A stretch of 63,460 nt of DNA, the filler included, from Cladosporium halotolerans (lineage: Eukaryota): the NCBI RefSeq assembly GCF_011745625.1. It is 11 parts of 11 records of this genome, joined end to end, with 100 filler letters (N's around TTAATTAATTAA, not from the genome) between each part and the next. Parts side by side here need not be neighbours in the genome. Positions count along the whole stretch, not along the records: positions 58,099 to 63,460 come from NW_027191670.1; 10 more parts are not named here. One strand, given 5' to 3'. A program made the translations under genes and the position numbers. Below the pieces are notes generated by a model. It was not told the origin of the DNA. It searched no databases and was given only the letters and a program-made list of their open reading frames with translations. Below are positions 58,105-63,460 of this stretch, piece after piece. Numbering within the stretch: the stretch's first letter is position 1; each line of letters begins with the position of its first letter.

Positions 58105-59307
58105 GTGCGCCATCTAGCAAGAGATGCGAATCCATCGACAGGCGACACCTCCCGAGCTTTCGCCCGGTGCCCCAGTGCGAGTGAGGTAGATGGATGTCAT
58201 CAAGACACATCTGACAAGCTCAAAGCGCAACTCTTGACCCCAGATTCTGTGGCGCTGCCTAACGTTCGTTTCTTCGTCAAGCCCGATTATCGTGATAACA
58301 GACGAGGGGTCGCAAACGCCATGGAATGTTTGATTGAGAAGAAAGGGCTCGGCGAACTTCAAAGGTTCGGTGTGATTGCACAGAGCGACGGTACAGACAT
58401 GCAGGGTATTACCCATCGCCTACGTACACAGCAGTTCTTGCGCACTAACGCTATGCCAGATTTATATGTGAAACAGATTGCGATGGCTGCGAAGGCGTAC
58501 AGAATCACAACATATGCCCTGTTCCCCGAGAGCACACAACGTAGTAAAATTGAGGATCTGCAGGCATATGGAGTTATTGTTGAGCTCAGCAAGGACAATG
58601 GCCGCAGCAACAAGGACCTTCTCGCTAGAACGGCAGCACATCTCGAAGCATATCGATTTCCGTCTCGTGATGAAGCTGATGTAATTCAGGGGCATGGTAC
58701 AGTCGCACTGGAGCTAGAGGACGATGTGGAAAGTATACTGGAGACGGATGGCACAATCCCCGATCGCGGTGCGGGAAAACTTGACATCGTGATCGCCATC
58801 ATGGGGAATGGCTCTGCGCTTTGCGGTATCTGCATGGCTTTTCAGCAAACTGGAACGAGAGTGTTTGGGGCTGAGATGATATCTGAAAACGGCGGTAATG
58901 TCCGTAGGGACCTTGCCTACTCAGACAAAGAAGAAGGTGGTCGTTACAACAACCGGAGCGCCTTCAATGCCCCCATGGGTGCACTGCCTTGGTCTGTCTT
59001 CACGTCGCCGAGTATGCTGTCGGGTGTACTTTATGTTGATAAGAAAGCTGCGGAACTGGCCCGTGGGAAGCTACTTGAGCAGCTTCGCGTCAAGGTCGGG
59101 CCTCATGACGCTGCGCCTCTAGCTCTTGGGGTTTACAGTGAAGAGTTCCGGCGGCTTTTGGAGAAAGATACGGCAAAAGATCGAGTATGGAACGTTGGAG
59201 TCATCGTACAGTCAGAGATCTCAATGCTTGAAAATGAGCGGCCAGAGGCTTTGAGCGAATCACCGGAGGATGATTTGAAGCACTACATGAGCGATCTGTG
59301 GTTATAG
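58105..59307 (+). CDS. Divergent PALP-fold (serine racemase/threonine dehydratase-like) protein
   Basis: AMAAKAYRI, KIEDLQAYG, VIQGHGTVALEL, DIVIAIMGNGSALCG, TRVFGAE, NVGVIV. 5' end probably outside the contig. Confidence 0.72.
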   Translation: MRHLARDANPSTGDTSRAFARCPSASEVDGCHQDTSDKLKAQLLTPDSVALPNVRFFVKPDYRDNRRGVANAMECLIEKKGLGELQRFGVIAQSDGTDMQGITHRLRTQQFLRTNAMPDLYVKQIAMAAKAYRITTYALFPESTQRSKIEDLQAYGVIVELSKDNGRSNKDLLARTAAHLEAYRFPSRDEADVIQGHGTVALELEDDVESILETDGTIPDRGAGKLDIVIAIMGNGSALCGICMAFQQTGTRVFGAEMISENGGNVRRDLAYSDKEEGGRYNNRSAFNAPMGALPWSVFTSPSMLSGVLYVDKKAAELARGKLLEQLRVKVGPHDAAPLALGVYSEEFRRLLEKDTAKDRVWNVGVIVQSEISMLENERPEALSESPEDDLKHYMSDLWL

Positions 59308-59645
59308 TCTCCAGGATACTTGGTGGATCTTCGAAATGCGCCACGTTTGTTACAAGATAGTTAATTGTGGAGGTCAATTTAAGGATCTGCCCTTGCCTGG
59401 AACACTGCGTTACTTCCTCAAGCGCTTCCTCCGACCTATAACCACAATAAACCTGTATTGCGACATTAAGCGTTAGCAGAGGCACCGAGACCGACCTCCT
59501 ACCCCGTACCCGCTTGCCTGCACATCATCCGCATGGTCAGTATTGCTGGGAGGATATATAGTAGCCTTCAACAACCAAGACAGTTAAGGATTCAGCCGGG
59601 CTCGGCCGGCAGAAATTCACGAGCACCAGAACGGGGTTCATTGGT

Positions 59646-59915
59646 TTACGAAGAATAGTTCAGGTCTTGGCTCCATGTGCGTATATGGACGATGATATTC
59701 CGGGCCTTCGAAGCGATCTTGCGGGCATGGCGATACAAGAAAATAGAGAGTTCGTCATTCACCGTGCTCACACCACGCTGTTGGAAACGCTCTATCAGTT
59801 CGCGGCAGGCAGCTCTTAAGATTCCGAATGTACCCACATCGCAGTGCCGTAATTTATGAGATATGTGAGAATGAAGGCGACAAAGAACGATGTTGTGCTC
59901 AAAGCACAATGCAAG
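59646..59915 (-). pseudogene. Pogo/Fot1 transposase remnant
   Basis: CFEHNIVLCRLHSHISHKLRHCDVGTFGILRAA is a degenerate LPxHxSHxLQPxDVGVFxPLK. Confidence 0.75.
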
Positions 59916-60339
59916 TTGTTTGGTTTGACATGATATGATATTCCGTTATCCCGGTGTAGCTCCCTTGCGGGTCCATGCGGGCCGTTGCTATGTATGATAT
60001 GATGGAGGAAAACCGTAGCAGTAGCCCGGGTGAAGACTCCTTCCTCTGCAATGGCCACTGCCTTTTCGCCAGTGAGTCTATGATACAGAAGCGAGCTGTG
60101 TGCCTCACATGCGCGTCAGCGCTCGCCGTCATCCTCATCCATATACGTTCCCGGCCTTCGCCCCCTTTGCCTTGGTTCGCATCTGTCCTTGCCAGCGAGA
60201 ACTGGGTGAGGATATCCCGTTGCAGGGATCATCTCGTCACCGCGCGTAAACCCGCCTCAGTCGATAGTAGCTTCGTGTAGTCGGTCGTCTTTGCTCTACC
60301 AGCATATCTGCCCGTCCTGGCGTGTGTGTAGGACAGAAA

Positions 60340-61101
60340 AGAATGATATGTTTCGGAGTATAGCGCGGTCAGCCACACTCGCAATCTGGCTTTGAGTATC
60401 CGGGTACCCGCCGTCGAAACAGGCCATCATTCAAGCCGATATGTTCGGTTCGTAGCAGTGTTGCGACTGTGCTTTCGACCTTCGTCAGATTCTCCTTCTT
60501 CCGCAACCCTCGAGTCCAAGTCCTGCGATCACTACATTGCTGTAATCGTTCGCTAGCGCACACGTTTGTTCCTGGTACTTGATTCACCTGGCCTTCCGAA
60601 CCTCTTCGAGCTCCCTCTTCATAGCCGTTTTGCTCCGCCACGCCCGGCCAGGCACGATTGCTGTTGTATCGATCTAGCTCTCCTTCGGAACTGGTCGGTA
60701 TGTCTTACAGGGATGTTGCCTTTAGTCCGAAAGCGGCGCTGGGCTTATTGATTGTTAGCCTTGCAGGTTTGTTCCACAGCGCGGTCACCCGCAATGTTTT
60801 CCGTCCTCTCTTCGAATATGGTTGACCGCCAACATTTCGAGGTGGAGTTCTAAGGGCGGGATGCTCGTCTCATGCTCTGGACTTGGACACTCATTGTTTA
60901 ATATGCACCGATGATTTTTGAGGCACTTGTTCTGCAGAGTGTGAAGTGGGTAGATCTGTTTATTTCGGTTGGCTCGTTCGTCTCCGAGGGCGAACCACAC
61001 TGGGCACCAGTATGCTAGTATCGGCCGGAAAACAGCAGCATAAATCTGCCTAGCTTTTGCGAACATGGCTCCCCATGCGCTCTTGGTGAGTTGAGCAGCG
61101 G
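60340..61101 (-). mobile_element. Degenerate 5'-truncated Tad1-clade LINE
   Basis: LTKSAWGA...ARQIYAAVFRPILAY.CPVW, LQNKCL, ETSIPPL, LLRTEHIGLN..LFRRRVPG...CECG. Confidence 0.85.
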
Positions 61102-61776
61102 TTATTAGATTCTCGTATCTTTAAGTAGGTGCGACGTGCCCCATTGTCTACTGGGCCCTGCCTTGGTTTTCCGCTAGATCAATGCCATCTTCCACTAGTT
61201 GAGACCCGGCAAAACCTCTCCCAGCCCCAAGTAACTCGTTGTTTGCTCCTTCAGCACACATCACCCGCGTTCCGTCCTAGCGAACAGTCCTGTCTGATTT
61301 ATGTACCGGCACGCGCATCCGTTCTCTCGAGCCACGTAGTAGTCCCTCCGGCCGGAGTTTGATCGCGTCTGATTCTAGGTACACCGAGGGTCAGAGGCCA
61401 TTGAAGAGGTGAGGCCCTCGGAGCCGGCAGTGTCTACTACGCACTACGCCCCGCGGGCTGCCTTGCGGCCTCCGTTCGCGTTGCCTACGAGGGTTTCCCC
61501 ACGGTAGGCCGACCGTGCACTGCAGAGGCGATCCTGTAGATTCCGCGTCGAGCAGCCTACGAACCCTTTCCCTACTGACCAAGCCTGTGTCCACCTCTTT
61601 CTACGGCTGGCCTGTGATTGTGATACTCCCTATGCGTGGTATACAGTTGGCCTGTGTGCACCCCGCCTCATTCCTCTTCCCCCATAGTGGACTGTGACAT
61701 CTCTTTCCGGGCTGGACTGTGACTCCTCCCTTTCCTCGTCCGTATATGGTGATCGTCGGGAGGCCTTAACAGAGGC
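61102..61776 (-). repeat. ~675-bp conserved non-coding element, copy 2
   Basis: Reverse-complement homolog of 10348-11033. On its own strand begins GCCTCTGTTAAGGCCTCCC and ends AGAATCTAATAA. Confidence 0.9.
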
Positions 61777-61779
61777 TCG

Positions 61780-62235
61780 GAATCTACTGTTCTCGCTGTG
61801 AGGCAATTGACGCAATGGTTGCATCGGAGCCCGGGTGGCAGGCATCTGCACCTGGAGGCGGCGGCTGCTGATTGGCGAGCTGCTGCTCGACTCCAGCCTC
61901 CAAGGTAGCAGGCCTAACCTTTGTGATAGGCTTCGTTCGCGGCCTTCTTCATTTTCGACTAGTCGGAGCTGCCGCTGCTGCGCGACGGGCCACGAACGTT
62001 TTGGTGGGTGCGACAATGCTGCTCCATGTTGTCCTTACGTGTAAAGGCTTTGTTGCACGCGGAAGAACGCATCCTTCTTGGCGGCATGCTTCTTCGCGTG
62101 GCGGGAAGCATGGCCGGAGGTTGTGAAGGACTCCGAGCAGTTGGCCTGCTTGGCGAGAGGGCAAGGGTACTGGTTCTTTTTCTGTGCGGGCGGGCGCGCG
62201 TTATTGTTCGACGCATTACGTACGGCTGAAGCACA
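61780..62235 (-). pseudogene. Fragment of an Nrg1/CSP-1-like double C2H2 zinc-finger gene (frameshifted)
   Basis: YPCPLAKQANCSESFTTSGHASRHAKKH...KKDAF, then in another frame CNKAFTRKDNMEQHCRTH. Confidence 0.82.
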
Positions 62236-62239
62236 TGAC

Positions 62240-62645
62240 GGGATCTCCATTGCATATGGTGAGCATTCCCTTCTTCCCGCCTATGACGCTGTCTCCCGTG
62301 TCATCCCGTATAGGCATGCGCCAGCACTAGGCTTGCATGCACGATGTTAAATCTAACACAGCTCACTGTCGAAGACGAAAGATACAATGTCTACTCGCAG
62401 AAGGTATTTCCCAACAGCGTTGCGGGAACCGCATTCGACCGAAAAAGAAATGCGTAGCCTATCCGGTAGACCAACAGATTATTACCGAGAGCCCATCTCA
62501 GTCTTCGAACAAGGTCGACACCGGGTGTGTACCATCGTCGGTCAACCCACCATCTCCTCCTGAGCTGGCCTCGGAGAGGCCCTTCGACCGCGCTTACCAG
62601 CTGGGAAGCTTTCCCTCGCTTCCTTCAGATGCGCCTCAAGGGAAA
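62240..62645 (+). pseudogene. Fragment of a Zn(II)2Cys6 transcription factor gene with retained intron (62259-62361)
   Basis: ISIAY|AHCRRRKIQC...QRCGNRIRPKKKC..YPVDQQ; two of six Cys mutated; GTGAGC...CTAAC..CAG intron. Confidence 0.78.
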
Positions 62646-62659
62646 ACACGAACGCGGTC

Positions 62660-63460
62660 GCACAGACTGAAAAGCAGAAATTCGTTGAAGGCAGCCACGC
62701 CTGTGAAAGCTATACAGTGTGAGTACAGTATCATTCAGGGAAGGCTTCGGGAAATCAAACATTACATCGGGATCATTCAGGAACAGAGCGACCAAGTGGT
62801 ACTATCCCAGCTGCCCACAGACGGCAAGGCCGATCTAATGGAGTCGGTAAAGACCACGGCGAAGCGCGCAGCGACACAACAGCCGAAAACGATGCGCTCG
62901 GCATCCCTCTCGTATGTGCTGCGGTCAATCAAAGTAAGGTGGAAGTTTGGAGCGAAGATCATCAAACCCGTCAGTGAGGGCAAGAAGTCGGTGACGGCAA
63001 GGTATCTACAGCTGAAAGTCGGGTCACACCGTGACGGGTGAACACCCGGTGAAGACTAGCCAGGCACAAGACGCACGATGCTGGTGGTGCGACAGCAGCA
63101 AACAGAGCGTCGCCCATCTCCTGGTGAGTTGTCGGAAGTGGAGGAGAGCGCGTGACGTAATGTTAAATGACATGCGCCACAAGAAGATCAATATTTCAAC
63201 CCGGCGAGACACATCAGACCTCCAGCGTCTCTTCGACGAGAGGGCGGTGGAAGCAATGCTCCGGTTCCTCGATCACACGTCTGTTGGGAAGAGGAAGGAA
63301 GAGAAAGAAGCAAAGGGTATGAATGAATGGGATATCGAACGACTCGATCGGAGCGATGTGGGAGACGGAGAGATGGTGCAGGAGGACCACTGATGAGGAG
63401 TAACAACACGACGGGACAGTAGGAGGGCTCAGAGCCCGAAAGCCGTGGCGGCTCGACGAA
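62660..63460 (+). mobile_element. 3' fragment of the main Tad1-clade LINE family
   Basis: AATQQPKTMRSASL, RYLQLK, CWWC...AHLLVSC, WDIERLDR, and start of the shared 3' UTR. Confidence 0.9.

Overview
Eukaryotic (filamentous ascomycete-type) DNA, not a contiguous locus. Ten identical 100-bp artificial linkers (44 N + TTAATTAATTAA + 44 N) join eleven small contigs of steadily decreasing size (~6.0 to ~5.4 kb), so this is a size-sorted pseudo-scaffold of unplaced, repeat-rich contigs and adjacency across linkers means nothing. Mobile DNA dominates: a complete Copia element with identical LTRs, a complete Pogo/Fot1 element with TIRs and TA duplication, hAT transposases and termini of three TIR families, and about nine pieces of Tad1-clade LINEs. 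Host genes include an NRPS-like A-T-R reductase beside an FSH1 hydrolase, a GFA/Mss4 gene, a protein kinase paired with a small 97-aa gene, a divergent PLP (PALP)-fold protein, and broken or partial Zn-dehydrogenase, GH127, MAPK, C2H2 and Zn2Cys6 genes. The best candidate for an undescribed system is a ~680-nt non-coding element found twice (10348-11033 +, 61102-61776 -). It has five spaced CACAG(T/G)CCA-like motifs and GNRA-capped, covarying hairpins, and both copies are fused at their 3' end to a 5'-truncated LINE in the same orientation. All calls come from reading motifs by eye; no database searches were run.
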